Positions 12,445 through 24,487 of a stretch of 64,000 nt of DNA are shown in pieces. The DNA comes from Camelus ferus (lineage: Eukaryota). Location of the stretch: assembly GCF_009834535.1 (NCBI RefSeq), contig NC_045709.1, forward strand, positions 52,328,001 to 52,392,000. The letters are read 5' to 3'. Below the pieces are notes generated by a model. That model saw only the letters and a list, made by a program, of their open reading frames with translations. It was not told the origin of the DNA and did not search any database. Each line of letters starts with the position of its first letter. The first letter of the stretch is position 1. The position numbers and the translations under genes were made by a program.

Positions 12445-12942
12445 ACATAGTAAGTTTGTCATGTTTTGTGTCTACCAGCCATAACAAACAAACAACCCTC
12501 CTTAAACTTACAGAATTACCCTCTTTGTGAGTCTTGCATCCCAGGGTGAAAACCAGAGCTGAGTTTCCCAACCTCAGGCATGGAGCCTAGGTTAGATCAA
12601 TCAGGCTCCTCCAGACAAGACTGAGTTTGGAAGAGAGCAAGGTGGGAAGAGACAGCATGTACCTCACCTGCCCTGGCACACGTGGTGCGGCACAGAGACT
12701 AGAGGGACGGGGTTCATAGCAGTGAGTATCCTGTGCTCAGACTCGCAGCCTGGACTGCAGGGTCCTTGCCCAGCAACGGTGTGAATTCAATATTTTTCTT
12801 GGCTGGTAGGCCACAGTGTCTGATTTTCTGGGCCCTTCCAATGATTCCATAAACCATCTTTAATAACTTCCTTCTGGACTAAAACTAGCTACATTAGGTA
12901 CTGGTTTTTGTAAAGAAAAAATTTATTTAATCTGGGTGATAC
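12445..12942 (+). mobile_element. ERVL solo LTR, LTR16-like
   Basis: 3' end taaaccatctttaataacttccttctggactaaaactagc ... tgataca is typical of LTR16. Confidence 0.55.
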
Positions 12943-14201
12943 AGATTTTCAACATTTTAAAATATAGTCTTATGAGATATTGTTGCCAATAAAGAAACTG
13001 GAGCTTGGAAGAGTTAAGATCACACAATTCATAAGTGGCCAAAGGGCCAGCTGCAGAAATCCACTCCTTGCAACAGCCTCTTTGCCCCATCTGCCAGCTA
13101 ATTCGCCTACAGAGTCAACAACGAACTGCAAAAGAAGGCAGTCCTGAGGGGGATGCTTTAGAGAGTTGAGGCAAGCAGATAATCATCAGTTGAGAGGCTT
13201 TTATAGATCTAACTTGTCTATGAAAGAGAAATAAAGGAACCAGACTATTTTTCAATAATGTAGGGGGGAAATATCATCTGGGAGTGACAGCTACCTTAAA
13301 CTGAAAACATCGGAGTTTCTTTTTGTTTGTCTGTCTTTCCCTCTCTTTGAATATCTTCAGATCTGAAACTTGGGTGTCATCCAGACCCCTTTTGGCCCGT
13401 GGAGGATGACATCTACTTGGTATCATCTCCATTGATTTCAGTTGGCAAAACCATCCATAAAATTCTACTCCATTCACTCTGTCCTGGTTCCTGAATGCAC
13501 GCGTGCTCTGCTTTGCACATAAAAATCACCTCCTTCACCTGTTTTCACTACCCCTTTCTTTAAAAATGTTTTTAATTAAAAAAAAATGACTTCATGGGAG
13601 ATCTGTGGGCACAAGGAGTTACACACCTTTCTCACATCTGTTCTTCTTTTCTCTTTTTCCGTCTTCCCTTCTTTTCTCCTTCCTTCCAAGATTGCCCTCA
13701 GTTCTCCAAATTATGTTCCCTCCAGGAGAAAAGAGAAATGAAGTCATTCCCTTACAACAAACATATATATCCAGACCCACTAAAATGTTCAGCAGAACAA
13801 AAGATCACCGTCCCACTCTATGAAACTCACTGTCCCCAGAAGACTAGAACCAGAGTCAAAGAAACCAAGCTAAAGAATACAAACATGCATTTCCATAACA
13901 AATACAAGTGGCCTTTTAAATTATTTAATAAGACTTCATCAGCCATCCCCAGGATATTCCTTCAGGCAGAAGGGACCAGGAAAAAGGGAGAGCATGGGAA
14001 TCATGAGGGTAAGTGGGGCAGGGGAGGAAGTAGCTGGGCTTAGAGGCGATGGCTAGGCTTAAAATCCTAGCATCTTCCACATTTTTACTAGCCTTTAAGA
14101 AGAAAGTTTCCTTAAAAGAGTTTTTAATCTGATTCTAACCTAGAAGCCTATCTCTGTTGTGTGTGGGTCTGCAGTAACAAAAAATTTGAGAGGTGACAGC
14201 A

Positions 14202-14346
14202 GGGGAGGGTATAGCTCAAGTGGTAGAGAGCATGTTTAGCATACATGAGGTCCTGGGTTCAATTCCCAGTACTTCCCCTAAAAATAAATAAACAAATAAA
14301 TCTAATTACCACTCCCCTGCCCCCCCCCAAAAAAAGAAAGAGAAAA
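14202..14346 (+). mobile_element. Camelid tRNA-Ala-derived SINE (Vic-1 type), long-tail form
   Basis: ggggagggtatagctcaagtggtagag...gaggtcctgggttcaattcccagtac with A and B boxes, A-rich tail and short TSD gacagca. Confidence 0.9.
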
Positions 14347-16167
14347 GACAGCAAATTGTGGGAAATAAGAATAAACTCTATGTCAATATAATTGGTTTTC
14401 TTTGTATTTTAAGAATTTTAAAAATTATATGGAGGAGGCCATAGATTTCACTAGCTGCCCGAAGTGTCCATGGCATTAGAATAATCTTGACATTACATCT
14501 TTTTTAATGAAAGTCTTCCAAATGCAGATAATACCTTTGCCATTGAATTGGCAACTTGGTCCCATTTTATAAGTGTATCAAAACTACAGAAATATAGTGA
14601 AACCTATCTCATGACAGATACAAAAACCCATTTCATTACCTTGTAATCAAATCTCATGCTGTGTGAATCCAAAACATAATAAACATTCATAAATCCTATT
14701 ACAGAGCTTCAACACCTTACAAATTCATAATATCTTTTCAACAGATCCAATGGATGTTTCTGGGTGTCCAAAAGGTGATTTCTCAAAAGTAGAACTAAGG
14801 GCTGTATTAATACTGGAAAGGGAGGATCGGGTGTCCTAGACTAGTTTAAACTAGTTAAATTCCTAAGAGTTTAACATACTGCAGTTTTTTTAAATACATA
14901 ATGTAGTTTGTAAAAGGAATTGAACCAGAACAACCAGTTACAAGCAGCAGTTGGGGAGGAGAGGGAATACTAATGAACAGATTACTTGGTTTGCTATTAT
15001 TGTGGGTCCAGTATTTGTAATTTGCTACTATTTTCCTTTTTTAAAGAGAAAGGATTAAAATGAAGTCAATATTCAAGGCACTCCTCTTGGCTTGTTCCTC
15101 TGCTCTCTGGTGAAGGACAGACTCCTCAAAGGCTCATCAGTCTACTTGCCTTTTGTTTACAAGGCTTAGTTATCATAAGTTTGAGTGGGTCTGTGGAGGT
15201 TTTAAATGGACAATGAACCAAAAATCCATGACGTCCAGTCAACAGAGGTGACTCGAATCGAAAGGAGAACATGGCAGTCCTTTACAATTTCTTTCAAAAA
15301 TTGTGGTCATAAAAATTCAAAAGAGGAAGCGTAAATCATTTCTGTTTTTCAAGTGGAATTGATCAAGGTAAAAATAATTACTGAGGTGGGTGAAGGGAAG
15401 GTAATAATTTACAACTTATATCTACCAAATATCTGCCCCTGAGTTGGCCAGTCTGACACTCAGAGAAGTTCTGTCTCAAGGATGTGAAGGGATGACCTGG
15501 ACCTTGTGAGAGTCAGGGGCTCCCCACCTCCTAGCCTGACTTCTGAACAAATCCGTGGACTGGAGCTATGCAGCCCCTGCCATGACAATTTCCTCAGGGC
15601 CAGCAATCCCAGGAAAACTTTAAGACCACTTATTTCCTTGGAGCAAGAGACCTTCTGAATTCCAGATGCAGAAACATGTGACTCTCCTCAACCTGAGCGG
15701 AATTTGGCTTTCCATGAGGTGGGCATCTGCAGACTGAGAATCGAGAACGGAAATGAGCCCCTTCCAGGATTGCACCAGAGTGCAGGGGTGCTAGGTTGTT
15801 AAACACAAGTGGAGAGAAAATGAATTTAACCCGACAAAATACAAAGGTTTTCAGAGCTTTGGGTATTTCTATTCTGTGGCATTAAGAGTGGACCAGAAGA
15901 AGGAAAATTCCATCTTGCGATAAAGCAACAATAAAGGAAATTCAGAGGTGGTTTGGGCCGAGAGGAAATGGTAAATCAGCCGCCTGAATGCCCAGATGCC
16001 AAGCTCTTTGACTCTTGTTACTAATTCAAAAACAGAATATACTGTTTGTCACATGCTTCACATAAAATCCTTTGTAAAGGGAATTCATTAGAGAGCAAGT
16101 TGACAATATAATGAAGCAGACATTTATTGCTAAAATGATTGCTGACCTGACTTTTTAGTTATTTGGT

Positions 16168-16362
16168 TCACATTAAGATGCTCCTGGCTTCTGGCTTCAA
16201 AAGCATATTGACTGTAAAGTGCAGAAGTGCCCCAGGCTTCCAGGGGTCACGGGCAGAGCAACCCAAGACCCCAAGAACACATCTGGGAATCCAAATACAA
16301 GTGGAGAAAAGAGTTTCTGAATGGTGAGGAAAACAGTTGTCACAAAACTCATACACTTTCTT
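16168..16362 (-). other. Candidate terminal exon (hypothetical)
   Basis: Acceptor ggtctttctttcctccag; 64 codons open in phase 0 then TGA; AATAAA on the minus strand at 16128-16123. No homology recognised. Confidence 0.25.
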
Positions 16363-16869
16363 CTGGAGGAAAGAAAGACCTACCATAAAAGGTCTCAATG
16401 AAGATTTCATCAGATTAATAAGTACAAGCGTCTACCTGAAACACAAAAGATACTTAATAAATGGTAGCTATTATAAATTAGTATTTTGAAGACTAGGAAC
16501 CTCTTTCATTCCCCTCATCAGATGATAAAATGTTAACTAAGGAAATAGATTAGAAGCCAAGAGGATATTCACACACCCCAAAAGCAACAGCTGAAAGAAA
16601 TTAAGTAGCCAGGCAAACAATAAAAGCACAGTATTCAGAACCCAGCCCCACTCCTGGCAAAAAGCCTCTAATCATCACTACCTTTAACATGTCACTTCAT
16701 TAAAGTGCAGAATTCAGGTCCGTAATGACGACAGCTACGAATCAAAGAAACATTAGAAGGCTTAACTTGAATATAAGCTGTACAAGAAAGCAAGAGAAAT
16801 GCGATTTATTCTTGAATGATTTCTATAAGTTTTTTAATTAAAAAAAAGATTGCTTCTTCAAGGGATAAA

Positions 16870-17540
16870 TTCCAAATTTAAACTATACTGAGATATCTGT
16901 TTCACCTATTAGATTTGCAAAGATTAAAAAGTTTGGTACACTACTGCCATGGGGCAGGCGAAAGAAACACTTTTAAATATTGGTAGGAGTGCATATTGGT
17001 ACAACTCCTGTGGAAGGTAGTTTTATAATATTTATGAAATTACTGATACATGTACTTTTGACTCAGAAATGCTTCCATAATGCATACAGCCAATACTCTC
17101 AAGGATGTGAAATTGATGAATGTGACAAGGTTACCCTTCGCAACATTATTTGTAACAGCAAAATATTGGAAATAATGATGTTATGCATTAGTGCACTGGT
17201 TAAATAACTTATGGCACATGTATTTAATGGAATATTTTGCACACAGTAAACAAAAAAGAATGTGGAAACTCTTCAAGGCCTGGTCAAAAATAATTTCTGA
17301 TATAAATTGTTAGGGGGAAAAAAAGGTGTGAAAGTATTATACTACACATTAATGGGCAGAGAAAATATACGTGCATATGTTGCTTGTGTACAAATAAAAT
17401 ACTGCTGGAAGGATACCTCAGAAATTAGCAATATTAATTGTGCTGAGTGTTTGGGGAACTGAAGTGGAAGAGAGATTTTTTGGTCTTTTATACTTCTTGG
17501 ATTTTGAACCACATAAAGATATACCTATTCCAAAACAAAA
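16870..17540 (+). mobile_element. Ancient L1ME-type 3' region
   Basis: tgagatatctgtttcacctattagatttgcaaagattaaaaag ... gcaacattatttgtaacagcaaaatattggaaat ... ttttgaacca. Confidence 0.75.
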
Positions 17541-17607
17541 ACGAAAACAACGTTTTGTTCCAATAGTCTTCTGTGTGAACAAAGTCTAGAGAGGGAGGAT
17601 GACTAAC

Positions 17608-17760
17608 GTGGAGGATGTTTGGGGGGTGGGGGGGTGTTGCGTGGGCGGGGGCGGGGGTGTTGCGTGGGAGCGGTTCCACATCCAAGGTCAGGTCCATGGA
17701 GTGAGGAAGGTGCGGGTTTGTCGTTGCCATCAGTACAAAGAGGGAGGTTTCTCTGCCGCC
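17608..17760. promoter_or_regulatory. G-rich, CpG-containing candidate regulatory element
   Basis: Multiple G runs, GC box gggcggggg, TTGCGTG twice (17637, 17660), CCAAGGTCA (17682) and GTTGCCAT X-box half site (17723). Motif evidence only. Confidence 0.4.
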
Positions 17761-17994
17761 TCACTGCTGTGACAAAGAATATGTGCCAAATATAGACATT
17801 GTTTAGGAAGGAAAGCTATTGATCTAGGGTGCATTTTTATTGTTCTGTTGTTCATCTTACAAAACAAGGTGAAAAATTTGTTCCTCGATTTTTTTTTTCT
17901 TGTGAGTCTACCAGTGTCTATAATTCCTGTATGCTCTGAAACTAAATTACAGAGGAGGCTTTGCAAATATTTTTTTTCCATAGTCTGTTCAGTA

Positions 17995-18070
17995 GAACAA
18001 TTGTCCAATAAAAGGATCTACTAGGAAGAGGGTTCTGTGATCAAATAGGTTTGGGAAACCCTGAGTATTC
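17995..18070. mobile_element. hAT-Charlie (MER5-like) fragment
   Basis: gggttctgtgatcaaataggtttgggaaaccctg resembles the MER5/Charlie MITE end. Confidence 0.45.
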
Positions 18071-19189
18071 ACCTTCTTGCTTGGGTATTCATGAAGCACA
18101 GATGCAATTCCAAAGTTATTTATGCAGTAAAGTCACTTTTTGCTCTTAAGTGAATATCTATTAACAGTTCATGGAAAATAATATTCAAAATGCTAGTTGG
18201 GAGTTACTGACGCTTGCTAACTTTCTTCCCCAGATTTTACCATCATGTTTTGCCAGGCATAATAACTGACCCACAATTTCATAGGTATATATTTAAAAAA
18301 AAAAAAACGTTTCAATTATATTTACAATTTAGTAAAGATTATGGAATTTAGAGCCATAAAATATGTCATTATTGAATTTATCAACTTCATGGTATTTTCA
18401 GAAAAGTATTATTACATTAAAGTAATGTAATTCTGCTGCGAATTTTCTTTTGTACAGCCTGGTTGATATAATTTTGATCTGTTTTGTTCACTAGTATGTC
18501 CTCAACTCCTAGTAGGCAGCTAATAAGTATTTGTTAGATGAATAAATGACAGCATGAATAGAATACACTAATTAAAATACTTAGTAATGCACTAATTAAG
18601 AATTAAGTACACAAAACACCAAAACTATACTAAACTGTTTTTTTTCTTCTTATTTCTGTTATTCCAAAGATACTCCCAGATCTTATGATACCTCAAAGGG
18701 ACAGCAGTGTAAACATTATGTTTGTTATATAGACTTTGTTCTAAAGAAGTAATTATTATTTAGTAAGCTCATTAGAAAGTCACATGTATCGAATTTCGGG
18801 AGCAATGTTAAATAACTGAATTTTCTTCTGGCTACGCCCCAGTCTGCAGCAACTCTCAGCACCTTGGGACTGACCTGACTTGGGTTTGTCAGTGTCTAAA
18901 ACCACGAAATGTGTCAGAGTTGGGATCATGTCAAAGTCAGAGAGTGTCCAAGCAGCTTAGTGTGTCACTGTCATTGCCAGAATGCAGGTCTGCTGAGTCA
19001 CCCTGACATCCTTCAGGGAGCAGGAGAATATTATTCAACGTCTCTGGCCCCCAGTCATCCCTGGGGCACATCAAACTTGGACAAATTAATTAAGTCATAC
19101 GTCCATTCAGTCATTCATTAAATATTTACTCACTGTCTGCTATGTTCCCAGTGGAATGCTGGGTATTAAATCACTCCATATAGGCTCCC

Positions 19190-19420
19190 CTAATGACAAC
19201 AGAATTTCATGAGTGGTTACTATGTACCTAAAGTTGTGCAAGAATTTGACATGATATCTCATTCAACCTCAGAGCAACCCTCTGAGATCACTACTTTTGT
19301 TATCACATTTTACAAATGAGGACACGGAGGCACACAGAGCTTATAGAGTTTCCTCATGGCCACAGCTAGTAAGAGATAGAAGGATTTTATCCAAGCTGAC
19401 CAAATGCTGAGCCTACAATC
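19190..19420 (-). mobile_element. MIR SINE
   Basis: cacattttacaaatgaggacacggaggcacacagag is the MIR core. Confidence 0.75.
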
Positions 19421-19579
19421 TTGATATCTGAGCAATGATGGACACTGTCCTCCCCAGAAGTAAACATATACATCAACATTTTTACATAAGGGGAACTAAA
19501 ATCTGTTGAGCATCTTCTATGTGCAGGTCCTATGTTTTATATTTTTGGTGTGGTATCTCATTTAATAGACTTACACAAT

Positions 19580-19820
19580 GAAAGAGTAAAAAGCAGAATT
19601 AAGAGCACAAGATCAGTTAGCTAAACTCTGGGTTCAAATCTCAACTTTTTCACCTACTGGCTATGTCCTTGAGCAACTTCTTTCATCTCTCTGTGCCTTG
19701 GTTTCCTCATCTGTAAAATGGGAAAGTACATACCTTGTAGAATCAGTATATTAAATGAATTAATATATGGAAAAAACACTTAGACCATGGTTGGCTCATA
19801 GTAAGCACTATATGACTTAA
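19580..19820 (+). mobile_element. MIR SINE
   Basis: ctgggttcaaatctc ... tctctgtgccttggtttcctcatctgtaaaatggg ... tagtaagcactat. Confidence 0.85.
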
Positions 19821-20148
19821 CTATTTTTTTTAATTTAGGTAAAATGTGGTTTAAATAAACAACCAGACACTTTTTTTAAAAATCAAGGAGGAAAATAGGT
19901 GGATTGGAGGAAAGCAAAAAAGATAACTCCTCTGCCCTTCACACCACCATGGGAGGCGATACAGCCATACCCTTAGCTCCAACATCACACAGATGATATG
20001 TCTCTGAAGCTCAGGATGCTTTTGGTCTCCATCAAATGCACCCTCCATCATCACCCTTCTGAGAATGTCCAGCCACTCTCCCTCAAGCTGTCTCAGGATC
20101 CAGGGATACTGCTTGGTCTTTTGGGGAGGACTCTGACCCAGGACTTAC

Positions 20149-20212
20149 CTATTCATTCTATCACATCTAAAAATGGGGCTTTGGTTAGGTCTTCATGGCC
20201 TCGTATAAACAT
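20149..20212 (-). other. Candidate 64-nt exon (hypothetical)
   Basis: Acceptor ttttcttacttaatcatctttcccttcccag and donor TAG|GTAAGT; all three frames contain a stop. Confidence 0.25.
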
Positions 20213-22099
20213 CTGGGAAGGGAAAGATGATTAAGTAAGAAAAACTGAACCTACTAAGTTTAAAGTGAAATACTTAACAATTGCCAAAGATAAAAATGAA
20301 CATATGCCAACAGAAGAAACTGTGTACAAATCTTAAAGCATTGTTTTGCAAAAATGATCATTAGGATTGTGTTTCTGAGCTATTTGTTGTGTTCTTTTCC
20401 TGGAAGAGTCTGGTGATGCTAAATGATTGCAAACTTAAAGGATACAGTATCAATGAGTGTGTATAAAAACCTCAGTACCTTAAAGTCCTTCATTAATCAT
20501 TAGTCATAGCAGCAATCTTAATCCATCACCTTTCTGATTATGGAACTCCAGGTGACCTACAGCACAGTAAAGAGGTCTTACGAGTCCAAATCATTAGTCT
20601 GGCCAGCGTCAGCACCATTCCAACCTATGTCACTTGACGTGGCTTCTTCCCACTGTTCTGTGCAACAGCCCAAACTTCTTTGGCCCTAAACTGAGCCTGT
20701 CCAGTGACTCACAATGCATGATAACCTGCCAAATGAAGTTGATCAAGTCAGAAATAAATATTGTTGAGAGACTGATCTGTTTACTGATGAACTGGTTACT
20801 GTATTTGCCAGCCTCCCTCCATCCTTGGTCTCATTTGTTGCTTCTGAGCGCCCCCCACCCCGCCTCTGATTTAAGTCTATTGCATAAATTCTGAGACTAT
20901 TGAGGAACATTGCGGGGTGAGAGAGAAGGATCTCAATAAGGAATTTCTTAGTATATAATTGGCTGAACAGGAACAAATATTTATTTATTTTGTTATACAT
21001 AGTTTGCTTCTTGATGTAGCTTAAAAAAATATTGGCACACATAGAGAATCTCTTGGGAAACTTGACTCCATCTTGCTTGCCCTAGACTGGAATTGTAAAG
21101 ATAAACATTAAAGAGTCGATAAGTTCCTCTATGGGTAAGGCCGTATTTATCTGCCTCTCTAGTGCCTGATTAAAGAGGCACCTCAGACACACCTTTTTAT
21201 GATGGTGAAGTGTTTATAACAAATCATTGTGTAAAATTTGCACCCACTTTCTACTTGAACAGTAAAAAGTCCAATTTTAAATATATTTAGAAAAGTAAAA
21301 AATTACTTTATACTTTTAGACTAAGTTTTTTGCAGTTTTTCTACATGAAAACTAATTGCAAAGTTAACTGTTGTTTAGGACCAGAACCAATAAAAATATT
21401 TCTGTTTCTAGTTAGTCCTATCGGTCAGCAGAATTCTGTTGGTTATTGTGCTACTGAGTACTGTGTGTCAGCTCCAGGGAATGGATGCAGCCTTCTGTGA
21501 ATGCAACCCTTCGCCTACTGTGGATTGCACTACGCTTGCATGCTAATTACAAAGTCTCCAGTAATTACAGTTTATCTCTGCATACTTTTGAACATTTTAT
21601 AATGGAGAAAATATTTGCTGGAGGAAATTTTCATCAAAACACTGTTTGCAAGAACGTTGCTTACACAGTTCTTTCTCAATGCATATTACCATGTTCCATA
21701 AATAACAGTGTTAAATATTGCAGCATCTTTGGAAGGTAGTCAAGTGGGAATATTATATTCATTTCTTTTATAGTTTGGGAAAACTAAAGCCTCTCCTGGT
21801 TTACCATAGTGAGTTAACCACACCCATTTCTGTGCTTTCATAGAAGTTTGTCATCCCTATAAGAAATAATTATTATTGAAGTAGTCAACTTTGACATAGA
21901 AGCTTTTCTTATAAGAGTATTCTTGAACTAATGCACTTTGTCTTTGAATGAGCAAAAGAAAGTGTCCTTTCTAAGCCCATTTTACCACTTAGCATAATAT
22001 ACTTCTGTGATACGTTTGAACAAAATGAAAGAATTTTTTTATCAGTTGGAATTATATAGATAATTTAAATATCAGTATAAGAACTAGAAATAAACTAAT

Positions 22100-22720
22100 T
22101 TACTCTTATTTATATTTAACAAGATCTATTAAATATCTACTATATGTACCTGATACAGTGTTGGAGAAACTAAGATGGAAAAATATGATCTCTGTCTCCA
22201 CAATCTAGCAAGGGAAGAGCTTCAGAAATAAACAAAAGCAACAACATAATAGCTATGATGATACTAAGGGTGCACAGAACGGGAGTGATCACTCCTACTT
22301 TGGAGGAATCAAGGGAGCTGACAAGATGGTGTGACAGCTGAGAAGAAAAATGTGGCTTATTATGATTCTGCTATATGTTAAGCATTGTGCTAAGAAATGC
22401 TAGCAATGGGATAGTATAAGGTGAAAATTTAATATTTATTCAACAAATATTTATAGAGTACTTTATTCAATGTAACATAAAAAGTTAAAATCTCTATTTT
22501 CAAAAAGTTTATAGTTCAATTAAGGAGACAAGACATATACATGAGAGAGTGTGTGTGCACGCACGTGTGTGTCAACACAGAAGTACTTAAGTGCTAAATG
22601 AACATCGTGCAAATGAGCAGTAAAGGAGGGAGAGAGCACTTGGAAGTCCACGGATCCAGGAAGGAAGCAGGATGATGGTAAACTTGAGCAGGACCAAGGG
22701 CAGTGGAAAGGTGGCTATTT
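22100..22720 (-). mobile_element. Fragmented L2 with MIR-like pieces
   Basis: atttaacaagatctattaaatatctactatatgtacc ... atgatctctgtctccacaatctag; caacaaatatttatagagtac. Confidence 0.5.
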
Positions 22721-22764
22721 CAGTCAGAGAGAATGACTAGGCAGAGACATAGGCACAGGATTCT

Positions 22765-23200
22765 GTATCACTTAGGATGTTTCAAGTGCAAGAAACAGAA
22801 ACTTAAGACAAGTTGGCTTGAGCAATAAAGGAAATTTGTACTCAAGGAGCACAAGAGTAGAGAGGTAGGGTAGGCTTTAATGCACTTGATCCAAAGGTCT
22901 TCGACTCATTTCCCTGTGATTCTCTGAGCTCTGCCCTCCTCTCTATCCCTCTTTATTCTCGGCTGGGTTTTCTCAAAGTGGCAGAAGTGGCTGCAGTAGA
23001 GCACAAAGTAAAATCTCAGAGCCATGAGATCCCAAGCGTAATTCCTGAGATTCATCCTAACTGGACTGGCTCAGGCCATTCGCTGCTCCTGAACCTGTCC
23101 TTGTTCAGAGCGAGGGAAGGGACTGACTACATTAGCACTGGTAGAGTCAGCTTCCCAGGAAACACAGGATTTTCTGAGCAGAAATAAGGGTACTGTTGAG
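22765..23200 (-). mobile_element. Old MLT1 (K/L-like) LTR
   Basis: tgtatcacttaggatgtttcaagtgcaagaaacagaaac...ggcttgagcaataaaggaaattt is the reverse of an MLT1 3' end. Confidence 0.65.
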
Positions 23201-23329
23201 AGGTGAGGAATGGATATCAGATGGTCAGTCAATGAGTAGTAGCTATAGCTTGTTCAGAGGATGTGTCCCTGCCCTTGGGACAAATTGTCACCCTCTTGTA
23301 TGCCATCATTGCCAAGTGCCATGTTCATA

Positions 23330-23490
23330 TGGCTTGTGGACACTTAACTTGATCACTTACATTGTATCTGGTTCCTCTGTTACAGTATGAACTTTCTGAA
23401 GGCAGCAACCATTTGTCTTACTCATCTTTGTGCGTCCAGCACCCAGCAGAGAATAGGCACATAGTAGGCACTCAATAAATCAGTGCTATT
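23330..23490 (+). mobile_element. L2 3' tail
   Basis: gaaggcagcaaccatttgtcttactcatc ... ggcacatagtaggcactcaataaat. Confidence 0.75.
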
Positions 23491-23594
23491 CAATAAATCA
23501 GTGTAGAAAAGAACTTTAGTATGGCTATAGTAAGCACAAAGAGAAAGACTGAAGTTAAGAGCCTGTTGTACACTTGAAGCTTGAGTTGAAAATG

Positions 23595-23700
23595 GTTTGT
23601 CAAGGGCAGTATTTTCTAGTGTGTTCCCAGAAATCCTAGTCTCATGTGATGTTCCTGCAAAAAAGAATGAGTGGTCAAAAGAGTTTGGGAATGCCTGCAT
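23595..23700. mobile_element. hAT-Charlie (MER5-like) fragment
   Basis: gtgtgttcccagaaatcctagt ... gtggtcaaaagagtttgggaatgcctgc. Confidence 0.45.
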
Positions 23701-24487
23701 TCAGTGCCCACCCCTCACATGCTTCTCAGGAGGCTTGTCATATGTATTAAAGTATTACACACATATTACATTATGTGGAAAGAGAAATGCTTAAACGTAT
23801 TTATAAACAAGCAGTTCTCAAACTTATCTGCCATGTGCACATTCTTCATGCTTCTCCATGTAACGTCTATTAATGTTTGTGGATGCGAAAATCGTGGTTT
23901 CTCTAAGGAAATGTATCACCTGTTCCTTTGCCAGAATGCCGAGAACATTTCTTTCCCTGAGCGTCCTGCCCTGGCAGCAAAGGTGGGATGGCTCTTCCTC
24001 CTTGGGTGACCTGTCCATCGCAGTTAGAGGGGGCTGCTGGCTTCTGGCAGTAGCTGGTAAAGATGGGGAGGGGCTCCCAATCACAGGCATTCCTCCCCCC
24101 TCCCCTTCTCCTGCTCCAGAAAGGCAACAGAAAAGCATTCCTCCCCTCACATCCTCACCGAGGTAACAGAAAGTGACATAAAGCCTGGCCCCTCCGCCTG
24201 GGAGGACTGTAGCCTGGGGCAGCCCATGATACACGTGGCCTCAGTGGGCTGCTTGACCTGATTCAAACCTGGCGTGACAATGTGGCAATTAGCCTGTCCT
24301 CTAATTCTCTGCTAACCGTGGAGAGAGGAAATAAAACCACCTGTGGACAAAGGTGACTCTAGCTTTCTGTGTGGAGCTCTAAAAGAGCTCCCTTGTTAAG
24401 AATGCTCAAACTAAACAACTAAGACAAGAAAAGGAAGTTTCCAGCTTGTGTATTTGCTCATTTCTAAGGCAATGCACTGAGGTCATA

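Noticed and set aside
13594-14043. Longest supplied ORF (149 aa)
   Set aside because: It is made of low-complexity pyrimidine tract plus the dispersed repeat, has no recognisable domain, and its length is compatible with chance in 64 kb over six frames.
14840-14855. Perfect 16-bp palindrome actagtttaaactagt
   Set aside because: One or two such palindromes are expected by chance in AT-rich DNA of this length.
1945-19000. TGCTGAGTCA antioxidant/MARE motifs at 1945-1954 and 18991-19000
   Set aside because: Isolated 10-mers without chromatin or conservation data are not enough to call a regulatory site.
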